Shown: positions 1 to 9,081 of the stretch, one piece after another
Layout of the letters: every line of letters starts with the position of its first letter
Position numbering within the stretch: the stretch's first letter is position 1
Source: a virus
Lineage: Duplodnaviria; Heunggongvirae; Uroviricota; Caudoviricetes
Strand: one strand, 5' to 3'
Length of the DNA: 32,078 nucleotides
Virus record (IMG/VR): IMGVR_UViG_3300028886_003642
The notes under the pieces: model-generated
What the model was told of the DNA's origin: nothing
The model's input: only the letters and a program-made list of their open reading frames with translations
Databases searched by the model: none
Program-made: the position numbers and the translations under genes

Positions 1-11
1 TTCCTACATTT

Positions 12-40
12 ATTATACCACATTTAAGCCCATTTGTCAA
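12..40 (-). promoter_or_regulatory. sigma70/sigmaA promoter firing out of the window
   Basis: Minus strand TTGACA-17 bp-TATAAT. Confidence 0.7.
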
Positions 41-141
41 GTCATCCACAACTTCAACAAACTCCTTTTGGTGGTTATCCTTCTTTTTATTATACTGATA
101 CTGCTGATAATAAATATTAACCACTGGTTCTATATGCAATT

Positions 142-384
142 TTATCTCTCCCAATCTACGTAATTTCTATGTCCACAATTTAATATGTAAGCTTTCCATC
201 TCGCAATTCTTCTTGAAAATCTAACACGACTATCAAGAATATCTATATGTTTGGCTTTTATAGCGTGTTCTTTACCAAATCTTCTTTCAATAATTTTTAA
301 CCACTTTTTACGTTCTTTAGCTTTCTCTTGACGATATAATACATGTTTAGATTTTCTCATCTTCATTACTCCATGCAGAAACAT
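142..384 (-). CDS. hypothetical basic protein
   Basis: 80-aa ORF co-oriented and overlapping neighbours; true start may be a few codons downstream. Confidence 0.5.
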   Translation of the reverse strand: MFLHGVMKMRKSKHVLYRQEKAKERKKWLKIIERRFGKEHAIKAKHIDILDSRVRFSRRIARWKAYILNCGHRNYVDWER

Positions 385-598
385 TAGTTCCTACTGCCCC
401 ACATTTACTACATACATAAGAACTACTTACCGTGTTATAACCATCGACAACTTCATCAACTTCTATACTATCTACCTTAAACAAAAAAGAATTACCACAA
501 CAACCACAAGTTATAGTGTGCATCACTCCTGTTTTATTTGGATAGTATCTAAGCACAATCCAAATCATCTTTAATTTTTCTTTTAGTAGCTCAATCAT
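347..598 (-). CDS. small Cys-rich, possible zinc-ribbon protein
   Basis: CGCC and CSKC cysteine clusters in an 83-aa ORF. Confidence 0.55.
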   Translation of the reverse strand: MIELLKEKLKMIWIVLRYYPNKTGVMHTITCGCCGNSFLFKVDSIEVDEVVDGYNTVSSSYVCSKCGAVGTNVSAWSNEDEKI

Positions 599-827
599 TG
601 CTTTCCTCCATTTTACCTAAGTATGAAATATCTAATATCTTAACCCTATAGCCACCTGTAGTATCACATTCTGCAAATTCTAATAGTTGTGGGGCTATTC
701 CATAGATATTATTATTACACAAAACAAATTCAGTTTCTATTAACTGCCTGTATATAGTATCATCTACATCTACCCAAGAATTAGAAATTATTACTTGGAC
801 TTTATATTTGATAAAATAGCTATACAT
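591..827 (-). CDS. hypothetical protein
   Basis: 78-aa ORF coupled to neighbours. Confidence 0.5.
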   Translation of the reverse strand: MYSYFIKYKVQVIISNSWVDVDDTIYRQLIETEFVLCNNNIYGIAPQLLEFAECDTTGGYRVKILDISYLGKMEESND

Positions 828-1222
828 TTTTCAGCATCCTCTTTCTGCAATCCTACTTTCATACTAGTTTGTACAAAATTATTGGGAAAATGTTCTTTTA
901 TATCAAATGCTTCATCATCTAAAATAACAAATGACTCTATATCATTATGATTATCTAGCCATTCTTTTATTTCTAATCCACGAATACCATGCTCACTACA
1001 ACATGTTTTATCATATATTGACATAGAAAAATCATTTAATCTTTTCTTTAATGTATCTAACAAGCTACAATTTCTCCAAGAAGAACTTACTACAATTTTT
1101 GCGTTAGTTCTTCTTACTATACATGCTAGTAATATTAAGTGCTTATCAGATTCAATTGTCCATGAAAATCTATCTTGTACTGAATTTAATACACCATCTA
1201 CATCAAGAAATATTATTTTCAT
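791..1222 (-). CDS. HAD-superfamily phosphatase, Swiss-army-knife RNA-repair-like (HAD_SAK) type
   Basis: IIFLDVDGVLNS (motif I), IVVSSSWR (motif II), FVILDD (motif IV). Confidence 0.85.
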   Translation of the reverse strand: MKIIFLDVDGVLNSVQDRFSWTIESDKHLILLACIVRRTNAKIVVSSSWRNCSLLDTLKKRLNDFSMSIYDKTCCSEHGIRGLEIKEWLDNHNDIESFVILDDEAFDIKEHFPNNFVQTSMKVGLQKEDAEKCIAILSNIKSK

Positions 1223-3059
1223 AATGTTTCTCCCATTTAGTTCTTCCAGATCTATATACTTTACATGCCTTTAATTTAAGCATCACATAATCTTCCTTGT
1301 TAGAAGCATTAACTGCAATAGCCTCATCAACTAAAGAAGCAGTTTTCTTATCCTTTTTAAGCTTCTTTAATTTAGTTTTTTCTCTACCAATAGCTTCACC
1401 ATTCAAATACCAATAATATCTAGGAGAAGTCTGAGAAACACAACTAAATCCCAAAGATTCATAAATACCTCCTAAAAAGTAATCATTATCAGAATAAGAA
1501 ACTAAATAATTTGGGCAATACTCCCGTTCAAAAGCCTTAAGCAATTTATTTGCTCCACCAATTATAGTATATCCATTCTTCACACAATATCTATGAAGTT
1601 CATATCTTCCCTCTATATGACTTTTATAAGCTACCCAGTCAAAAGACATAATTGACATAAGCTCATTATTATAGTATAATCCATAATTTATATGATTATA
1701 TTGCGTCTTTCCTTGTAAATGATACTTGTCCATAAATTCATCTGTAATAGCAGAATCTACTTTTTTAATAACACATTTACGAGCCACTATCTTAGTCTGA
1801 GGAATAAATAATGATCTTAAATATGACTTAATTTTATCTTGATTATATTTCCAGTCCACATCAAAAATTGAAATTAAATGTACTCCCTGCATTTTAGCAG
1901 TGAGAAATTTATCTTGATGGTAAGTCTTTTCTTTATCTTCATAAGGAGAACCCTTACTAGCATGATAAACTGATCCATTGTATTCTATACCAATACCATA
2001 ATTCTTATAATAAATATCTATCTCCTTGCCAAAAAGAATATCTGAAGTCTTTTCTGGAGTATCATCAATCAATGTTGCAATATATTTCTTTATTTCATTC
2101 TCTGCAATTGAACCAGATACAGCTGTATTATTACAACCACAACTATGAATTTTACCAGCTAAAACATCTGACTTATTTATTACCTTTTCCTTTTTACAAA
2201 TATCACAGAAAAAAACCCAGTGAGGATGCCCATGCTCATCTGTATGATCATATCTAACAGCAGTTAAATGATCATATACATTTCCAATAATACTTTTAAA
2301 TCCTGGATTATCTTCACCTGTTCTATGCCTCCTGCAACCACAAGATTTAGTATTACCATTAACAAGATTTTTACCAATCACTATAAATTCATCATTATTA
2401 CATCTAGTGCAAAAGCATTTCCAATATGTTCTTTCATTTTTCACATAAGCAAAATCAGTAACAATCAAATCTCCGAACTTCTGCCCAATAAGATTATCTT
2501 GCTTTAACTTTGACAGCTTCTCAGATCTACAATATTTACAGGTTCTATTAACTAATCGCTTATTAGACAGAGAATGTGAATCAAAAATATCATGTCTGCC
2601 ACACTCACAAACACAATCCCATACTGCACGATTATCAGCATTAGTATACAAATATTCCACAGCAGTTACATGTCCAAATACTTGACCAGTCAAATCCTTA
2701 TGTGCAGTAATACACTTACCACAATTCTTTACAGCACCACTAAACAAATCTACTTCTTCTACTACAAGCCTATTTTTAGCCCTACACAAACATTCACAAA
2801 GCCATCTACTCTCCCCAACTTCTGCAATAACAACAAGCTTATTAAATCTTTGACCAATTAAATTATGCTTAATATTAGGATCATAATCTGTACACCCACA
2901 ACTATAAATAGTCCCACTATTCACTTCATCTGTGGATAAAATACATCTAGTACGACTAGAACAGCTACACTCACAAACCCACAACGGTTTACCAGTTTTC
3001 TTTTTATCACTTTTAGCAACTACTTCAAACATATTAAATTTATAGCCAAGCAGATTCAT
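1203..3059 (-). CDS. Hef-like free-standing endonuclease: five Cys-rich repeats, PD-(D/E)XK/Vsr-like domain, GNAT-like C-terminal domain
   Basis: Five repeats of (N/D)LxGxxF...WxCxCxC...SCGC; EIDIY...IGIEYNGSVYH; FMDKYHLQG...YELHRYC...GGANKLLKAF...YSDN...IYESLGF. Confidence 0.75.
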   Translation of the reverse strand: MNLLGYKFNMFEVVAKSDKKKTGKPLWVCECSCSSRTRCILSTDEVNSGTIYSCGCTDYDPNIKHNLIGQRFNKLVVIAEVGESRWLCECLCRAKNRLVVEEVDLFSGAVKNCGKCITAHKDLTGQVFGHVTAVEYLYTNADNRAVWDCVCECGRHDIFDSHSLSNKRLVNRTCKYCRSEKLSKLKQDNLIGQKFGDLIVTDFAYVKNERTYWKCFCTRCNNDEFIVIGKNLVNGNTKSCGCRRHRTGEDNPGFKSIIGNVYDHLTAVRYDHTDEHGHPHWVFFCDICKKEKVINKSDVLAGKIHSCGCNNTAVSGSIAENEIKKYIATLIDDTPEKTSDILFGKEIDIYYKNYGIGIEYNGSVYHASKGSPYEDKEKTYHQDKFLTAKMQGVHLISIFDVDWKYNQDKIKSYLRSLFIPQTKIVARKCVIKKVDSAITDEFMDKYHLQGKTQYNHINYGLYYNNELMSIMSFDWVAYKSHIEGRYELHRYCVKNGYTIIGGANKLLKAFEREYCPNYLVSYSDNDYFLGGIYESLGFSCVSQTSPRYYWYLNGEAIGREKTKLKKLKKDKKTASLVDEAIAVNASNKEDYVMLKLKACKVYRSGRTKWEKHYENNIS

Positions 3060-3110
3060 AAATAAAACTCAACTCCATCCAATTTTTAAATATAATCAGC
3101 GTATGCTTAA

Positions 3111-3139
3111 AGTATATCAGAAAATTATTCTTTTGTCAA
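3111..3139 (-). promoter_or_regulatory. sigma70/sigmaA promoter for the Hef-like gene
   Basis: Minus strand TTGACA-17 bp-TATACT. Confidence 0.75.
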
Positions 3140-3155
3140 GCCCTTTCTACAAACT

Positions 3156-3184
3156 AAAAAAGACTCAGAATATTCTGAGTCTTT
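3156..3184 (-). terminator. intrinsic terminator after the major tail gene
   Basis: Perfect palindrome AAAGACTCAGAATATTCTGAGTCTTT followed by a T-run on the minus strand, just after the exon-2 stop. Confidence 0.85.
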
Positions 3185-3193
3185 AATAAAATC

Positions 3194-3277
3194 TTATTCA
3201 TTCGGATCGTAAACACCGTTTTTGCCAGATCCTTCAGTATTCTCTGCAAGTTTTGTAACTTTATACAGAGGATAATC
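3194..3277 (-). CDS. major tail protein exon 2 (DYPLYKVTKLAENTEGSGKNGVYDPNE*), missed by the ORF track
   Basis: In frame after the terminal intron G; gives ...DYENHP|DYPLYKVTK and ends just before the terminator. Confidence 0.8.
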   Translation of the reverse strand, partial: DYPLYKVTKLAENTEGSGKNGVYDPNE

Positions 3278-3579
3278 CATTTTATTACCTTACAGGCTCT
3301 TTATCCTGTAATTCTAATACTTTATCATTGTATTAGTTTAGACTATATCTTCAACTCATATGAGTTGTTCCCTATTCGTGGGTATTTCTTCCTCTTGGGA
3401 TTACTTTACCTAGTCGTTACACTTCCTATATGTTACCACATAGTTTAGCTCGGTATTATCCTATAATTATTTGAAGGACTCTCTTCTTTATATACCACAA
3501 TAACTATTAAAATAGTTTGTCGGAACCGAATTAAAGGAAATATACGTATAACTCACGCTACACGCACCCAATTATGTTT
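3278..3579 (-). mobile_element. ORF-less group I intron in the major tail gene (302 nt)
   Basis: Exon ends in U (CAUCCU); core elements GUAACGACUAG and AAGAUAUAGUCU (P7 GACUA/UAGUC); P9 TTACAGGATAAAGAGCCTGTAA shared with terL intron 4; ends in G; P10 AUAAU pairs with exon AUUAU. Confidence 0.85.
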
Positions 3580-4710
3580 AGGATGATTTTCATAATCTGA
3601 CATGATATCTAGTTGAAGCGTAAATTCTCCGAAGTCGTCGCCGATAAGACCAGTCAAATCTCCATCTGGCCTAATATTACACTTCCATGCCTCAATCATA
3701 AGGGCATTGCCTTGGTTTGGATCACCGAGGAACAAAAGCTCGCCAGTTATCTTACCAGCAGCAGAACCACTGACTGTTACATAACTTGCATCTGGTATCG
3801 TACAGGAAATCATTACTGTATCTCCAGCCTTAATTGCACCATCTTTCTTGATCTTAATGAGTCCACCACGAATTGACTCATCTTCAAGTACAAAGTCTTT
3901 ACCTTCTTTAAATGTACTCATACCTGCTGTCACATTAAATGTCATTATACCACTAGGTACAGTAAACATATCAGCAGGAGTTAATGTAAATGTCATTGTT
4001 ACACCTGCAACAGTTAATGTAAGAGATGTAGAACCAGCAGTACCAGTCATAGTTACATAAGTACCAGAAGCAGTAGTTAAATCTAAGGCATTAGATGCTG
4101 CTTCAATTGTGTAACCGTCAAAATCACCCGCAGTTGGTGTACCTGAGTGTGTAATTCTAAATACAAATGTAGCGTCACTTGTACCAGTATAACCAGTACC
4201 ATTAAGTACTATCTGACCACCTGCGGCATCTGTCATAGTAAGTCCATCAGCACTTACATTAGTTGCTGGAGCAAATTTAGCTTCTGGAAGTACTGCACTT
4301 GCTGGTGCTACTGCAACACCAGTTACATTTACATATCTATTACCATCTGCGTCTTTTAGCTCAATAATTCCAGGAACAGAAGGAACTGTATAAGATTCAT
4401 TTACTAGTGTAGTACCTGTCTGAACATGTACACCTTCTGTACCATATAAACCTAGAGCTAGATTATACATATTATATTCATTTAATACTATAGATCCACT
4501 TGCTTTGGTCTGCGTAGTTACTGCTGCCATTAGTTCACGTTTCTTATTCATAGAACTATATTTTTCTACAGTAGTAACATCAGTAGTTATATTAAACTCT
4601 GTGCAGTTTCCTAAAAAGTGGAGCTGATTTTCATCATCTGATCTGCGGAAATATATTCCACCAGCACCGACCATTAAATCAGCGGCTTCTGAAAACGCCT
4701 GATTTGCCAA
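3580..4710 (-). CDS. major tail (tube) protein exon 1; about 404 aa after splicing
   Basis: Tail-tube-like motifs (FLGNCTEFNIT...; IRPDGDLTGLIGDDFGEFTLQLDIM), position after head-tail genes. TTG start at 4710 lies 8 nt after AAGGAG; the track's GTG at 4719 overlaps the SD. Confidence 0.8.
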
Positions 4711-4755
4711 GTCAATCACTCCTTCTTAATTTAATATTTATGCATAAAAATTAAA

Positions 4756-5247
4756 TTACTTCTTACTTTTATACCACTCAATCTCAACAACTATTCTATG
4801 TTGAGTATTTCCAAGTGCCATTGTCTCATCTCCATCGCTTAATACAGCAAGTATATCAAATTTTACTCCAATGCTTAATTCTCTCTGTATTTTCTTTGAA
4901 AAATCATCATGTAGCACTTTTAATAATTCATTCTCAACTTTATAGCTTTGATTATATAAATATTCACTTATCGGTATATCTGGTGTATTTTCTCCTTGAA
5001 GGTATATATCAATCCAAAACTGAACTTTTCCTCCAATTATTTTATCCTGTTTTTCTACAGAGTCTTCTTCGCTAAATATTACCCAAATTGCAGGATATTC
5101 ACCAGTATTGCCTGTTCCAAACCTAAACTGTAATTCGTCCCTATGTTTTAGATATTCAAATAATCTTGAACCATCCAAATATCTATAGGAACGCATAAAA
5201 TCCACCAGCTTTTTTCCTATCTGTCTCCACATTAATTTTTGTAACAT
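4756..5247 (-). CDS. putative tail completion/terminator protein
   Basis: Position before the tail tube; YPAIWV motif; 163 aa. Confidence 0.55.
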   Translation of the reverse strand: MLQKLMWRQIGKKLVDFMRSYRYLDGSRLFEYLKHRDELQFRFGTGNTGEYPAIWVIFSEEDSVEKQDKIIGGKVQFWIDIYLQGENTPDIPISEYLYNQSYKVENELLKVLHDDFSKKIQRELSIGVKFDILAVLSDGDETMALGNTQHRIVVEIEWYKSKK

Positions 5248-5250
5248 GAT

Positions 5251-5661
5251 TTAATTCCTCGCTAAACCTAAAACAGCAGGAAATTTTCTTTTTCTAGCTG
5301 ATGTTCCATTTGTAAAAGAACTTGCATTTAATTGTGCTAAAAGCTCATCTAATGCCTGTTTATACATTTCCCACTTTAGCCTAAAAGAGTCTTTATCCGT
5401 TTCCTTACCTAAACTATACACAGTTCTTAACCATGCTGCTTTCATATATGAATAATATATAGCAATCATTTTAACTATATATGGTGTTGGATCTGCAATA
5501 TTTTCTGGTGCAACCCCATAATTTCTTGCTAAAGATTCAACATACTCACTTGATTCTTTTACTAAATCTTCTGTTACATATGTTTTTAGGAGTGCGTCTG
5601 TTAACGTGGCTTTACTATAATACGCTCTATATGCAGGAACATTAGTCGTGTTTAATGCCAT
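5251..5661 (-). CDS. putative head-tail adaptor/connector
   Basis: 136-aa helical protein in the head-tail region. Confidence 0.5.
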   Translation of the reverse strand: MALNTTNVPAYRAYYSKATLTDALLKTYVTEDLVKESSEYVESLARNYGVAPENIADPTPYIVKMIAIYYSYMKAAWLRTVYSLGKETDKDSFRLKWEMYKQALDELLAQLNASSFTNGTSARKRKFPAVLGLARN

Positions 5662-6211
5662 GTCTATCTAGCACCTCCCCAATAATTTTTCTATAATTAA
5701 CACTATTTCTGGCTCTTGTAAGCCAACCATTATCACCCTTTATACCCTTTACAGTATTTGGTCTTTTTACAAAATGTATTTTTCCATCTTTACCAACAAA
5801 TCTCATTGCTTTTGCATGTTTTGAACTATGTGCATGTGTACCTTCTATTAAATAATTAGCGTAATTTCTAAAAGGGCTATTTGGAAATCTACTATTTTTA
5901 CCAACATCTTGCCCTTCTTTATACTTAGCATTTGGATTTAATATATATGGGCCATTATTTGAATAATATTCTAATGTATCTTCATCTATAAAAACTATTG
6001 CCTTTAATTTATTAGTCACCATACTATCTATAGCTTTATCTAATGCAAAAGTTCTGTTCATCCATTTAGGGTGATCTCTTCTTAAGTGTTCTTTGATTCT
6101 TTTACAAGATAATACAAGAGCCTCTTTAAGTAGAGGCTCAAGTTTATCTTTAACACCATCTAGCCTAGATAGCCATTGTGACATTCTAAGGTTGATGTGT
6201 GGAGTTTCCAT
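5642..6211 (-). CDS. HK97 gp10-like tail/neck morphogenesis protein
   Basis: YANYLIEGT...AMRF...TVKGIKG...WLTRA motifs and synteny. Confidence 0.65.
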   Translation of the reverse strand: METPHINLRMSQWLSRLDGVKDKLEPLLKEALVLSCKRIKEHLRRDHPKWMNRTFALDKAIDSMVTNKLKAIVFIDEDTLEYYSNNGPYILNPNAKYKEGQDVGKNSRFPNSPFRNYANYLIEGTHAHSSKHAKAMRFVGKDGKIHFVKRPNTVKGIKGDNGWLTRARNSVNYRKIIGEVLDRHGIKHD

Positions 6212-6217
6212 ATTTAA

Positions 6218-7279
6218 TTATTTTACATCTGCAATGAGGATAGAACCTGCACCACCATTTACATCTGCACCGAAAGAGGGCAGAGCAATCTGAGATACAA
6301 TAGTTTCAACATTTACAGGATGATCTAATGTACGAGTATATACAGCTACAGCAGTATCCACAATACGAGTATTAGAAGCAAACTTGCTATTGGAAAGCAG
6401 GTCAACCTCTTCTGGAGTCGTACCCATTACCATGTTACCAAGAACACCGCCAGCAGGCAGGAATGTTACAACATCATCTGGGAAGAAGGGAACACCAATG
6501 CCACCAACTTCAGTTGCATATACATTATCGTTAATAAGAATCTCTACACCAACATAGCTACGAATAAGGTCACGTACCTGCTGTGGATAAATTAGTAGAC
6601 CAGAAAGGCTAGTAGCGGTTGGATATAGTGCTTTAGCTACAGACTGAGAATTCTTAATATGATTAAATGTAGTAGTAGTCATTACTGCATAACCAAGTCT
6701 AACATGGAAATCCTTATTAAACTGTGTTACCCAATCAAGCATATCTTCAAGAGGAGTAGAAGATGCAGTAGTGTGCCAAGAAATAGCAGCTTTTACCTTC
6801 TGCTTCTTATGTAGATTATAATTATAAACAAGATTTGAACCATTACCTACTACCTTAATCTGACCAGTAGAAATAAGTTCCATAGCCATACGTTCACGAG
6901 CTACACGAGCACCACGGATTAGATTATTAGCGTCATCAAAAATTCTTTCAACATAAGTAGAAAGAATAGCATCATTAGAAATAGCAAGAATCTGCTGACG
7001 AGTTTCCTCATCTACCTTCATTCTCTCACGGAAGAAAGGCATTTTAGATTTCTGCACTTCTACGCTCAGACGATCTCTATAGGTTGCCTGAGTATCAAAT
7101 GCACTTGGTTTCAATTCTACAGGCAGACCTGCACGACCACCAATTTTATTAAGTTCAATACCTGCAATTTTCTTTACTGGGAATAGACGATCACCAAGAT
7201 ATAGATCCTGAGTAGTGTTGTTATAATTATCCCAATATGCTGTAATATTTGCAGGAGTAATAAGATCAAATAATTTCAT
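6218..7279 (-). CDS. major capsid protein (phage capsid E-like family)
   Basis: LGDRLFP...GLPVELKPSAFD...KMPFFRERM...ARERMAMELISTG...FFPDDVVTFLP...PVNVETIVSQIALPSF; 353 aa. Confidence 0.9.
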   Translation of the reverse strand: MKLFDLITPANITAYWDNYNNTTQDLYLGDRLFPVKKIAGIELNKIGGRAGLPVELKPSAFDTQATYRDRLSVEVQKSKMPFFRERMKVDEETRQQILAISNDAILSTYVERIFDDANNLIRGARVARERMAMELISTGQIKVVGNGSNLVYNYNLHKKQKVKAAISWHTTASSTPLEDMLDWVTQFNKDFHVRLGYAVMTTTTFNHIKNSQSVAKALYPTATSLSGLLIYPQQVRDLIRSYVGVEILINDNVYATEVGGIGVPFFPDDVVTFLPAGGVLGNMVMGTTPEEVDLLSNSKFASNTRIVDTAVAVYTRTLDHPVNVETIVSQIALPSFGADVNGGAGSILIADVK

Positions 7280-7305
7280 GTTATATTCGTTCCTCCCCTT
7301 TCTAA

Positions 7306-8028
7306 TTAGTCTCTACGTGCAAACTGAATGTGTGGCAGTTTAGCTTTAATAGCGGCACCTGGTTCGCTAGGCATCTTATCAATGTTAATAACACCATGAA
7401 TAATCATTGCACCAGTAGCTTCACCATCAGTTACCTTTACAGTATGATAAAGAATACCATCAATATCACTAGCTACAGTAGTTGCACCACCTGAAGCAGT
7501 AGTACCAGTATCAGCAGCAGGAATATCAGCTTCTTTACCAGATACAACAGTTGCTACAACAAGAGAATTAAGAACAAGATCTTCATTAATCTTCTTAGCA
7601 AGCTGTGCAAAATTATCCTTTACATTGCCAGCCTTATCTGTACCAAGTTTAATGGTAATACCTGTAGATGTATTATAACTAAATACATCATTATGTGCGG
7701 TAGTGTCTACTGTCATTGCTACAGGAATAGCTACAGCACCTTCTGCTTTTGCAGTAAGTACAAGACCACTATCAAGAGTTACAGTAGCCTTAGCTTCAGT
7801 TGGTACTACAACTGTTGCAAGCTGATTTGGATCTACAAGTAGAGAAGTACCGTTAGAACCGTAGAGATAAGAACCATAAGGAATGTAATAATTACCCTTA
7901 TCATCTGGAGTAATACCTGCCAGAGAAGTTTTGTCAAGAGTTACAGGACGAGCAAGATAGCCTTCACCAATAAGTAATAGCTCTGGATCAAAACCATCAA
8001 CTGGCTTCATTTTAAAATCAATTGCCAT
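7306..8028 (-). CDS. head decoration/cement protein with an inserted domain
   Basis: Between scaffold and capsid; YIPYGSYL and GILYHTVKVTDGEATGAMIIHGVINIDKMP flank a central insertion. Confidence 0.7.
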   Translation of the reverse strand: MAIDFKMKPVDGFDPELLLIGEGYLARPVTLDKTSLAGITPDDKGNYYIPYGSYLYGSNGTSLLVDPNQLATVVVPTEAKATVTLDSGLVLTAKAEGAVAIPVAMTVDTTAHNDVFSYNTSTGITIKLGTDKAGNVKDNFAQLAKKINEDLVLNSLVVATVVSGKEADIPAADTGTTASGGATTVASDIDGILYHTVKVTDGEATGAMIIHGVINIDKMPSEPGAAIKAKLPHIQFARRD

Positions 8029-8169
8029 GTTTAAATGACCTCCTTAAAAATATTAAAATTTTCTGTTTATTTTTACGCAAGCTTCTCTAGCTTACGCACC
8101 TTTCTTCATAAAAGGAATTTTTATAATAGTAAAATCCCCACACTATACATATGTGGAGATTATTATACA

Positions 8170-8931
8170 TTAAATGCCAAAAGCTTCTGCTAATGATTTA
8201 GTATTATTAGGATTCTGGCTACTCTTCTTTGTATTTAGAAGTGCTTGCATAAATGGAGATACTTCATTGGAAGAATTACCACCACTACCACCAGAACTAC
8301 CTGCACCGCCTTTAGGCTGTACTTCAATAAAGCTTGGATGGTCTTTTGCCCAATCTGCAATATAATCTGCTACAGAAAGTTCTACACCATCATCACCCAT
8401 AATTGTACAAGTCTTACCATCATCTTCTACCTTAGTTTTATGGAAGAAAATATCGGTCATCATATCTGGATCAAGAGCATGTACACTATCAAGAGATTTA
8501 CGAATAGTTGTTCTCTTTACATTGTCCAGTCGCATAGTTTTTTCACTATTAAGCTGTGTAGTAAGATCTTCAATAGTCTTATTATTTTCATCTACAAGAC
8601 GATTTGCTTTTGTAAGACTACGTTTAAGCTCCTTAATCTCTTCTGGAGTTGCACCGCCACCAGCTTCTTTTACAATCTTTTCTTTTGCAAGTTCAATACC
8701 CTCGTCAAAATCTTTAGCGTTTACATCCACACCAAAAGCATTAACAAGAATATTATACTGCTCCAAAGTCTGCTTATTTGCTTCAATTGTTTCATTTAAT
8801 GCTTTTTCCTTATCTTCAAGTTCATGAATAGACTTCTGAAAAGCATTATACTCTTTTTTCAAAATAACAGCTTTGTCTTTAGTTTCTTCGGTATCTAAAC
8901 CGAGTGCTTTAGTTAGTTCTTCTAATTCCAT
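8170..8931 (-). CDS. capsid scaffolding protein
   Basis: Coiled-coil acidic protein with a GGAGSSGGSGG linker and C-terminal hook; between portal and capsid genes. Confidence 0.8.
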   Translation of the reverse strand: MELEELTKALGLDTEETKDKAVILKKEYNAFQKSIHELEDKEKALNETIEANKQTLEQYNILVNAFGVDVNAKDFDEGIELAKEKIVKEAGGGATPEEIKELKRSLTKANRLVDENNKTIEDLTTQLNSEKTMRLDNVKRTTIRKSLDSVHALDPDMMTDIFFHKTKVEDDGKTCTIMGDDGVELSVADYIADWAKDHPSFIEVQPKGGAGSSGGSGGNSSNEVSPFMQALLNTKKSSQNPNNTKSLAEAFGI

Positions 8932-8958
8932 GTTTCTTTTCCTCTCTTTCTAATTATT

Positions 8959-9036
8959 ATTATATCACAAAATTTTAATTTTGTCAAATCACACAACCTA
9001 TAACTATATTATAACATACTTTTCAAAATTTGTCAA
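8959..9036 (-). promoter_or_regulatory. tandem sigmaA promoters upstream of the scaffold-capsid genes
   Basis: TTGACA-17-TATAAT at 8959-8987 and at 9008-9036. Confidence 0.75.
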
Positions 9037-9081
9037 GTCATAAAATAAATTACTGTATATGCTAACTCATTTGGATATGTA

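Noticed and set aside
8030-8168. Two hairpins between the scaffold and decoration genes as a novel ncRNA
   Set aside because: No dedicated promoter or terminator; more simply mRNA stabilising or processing stems in the capsid operon.
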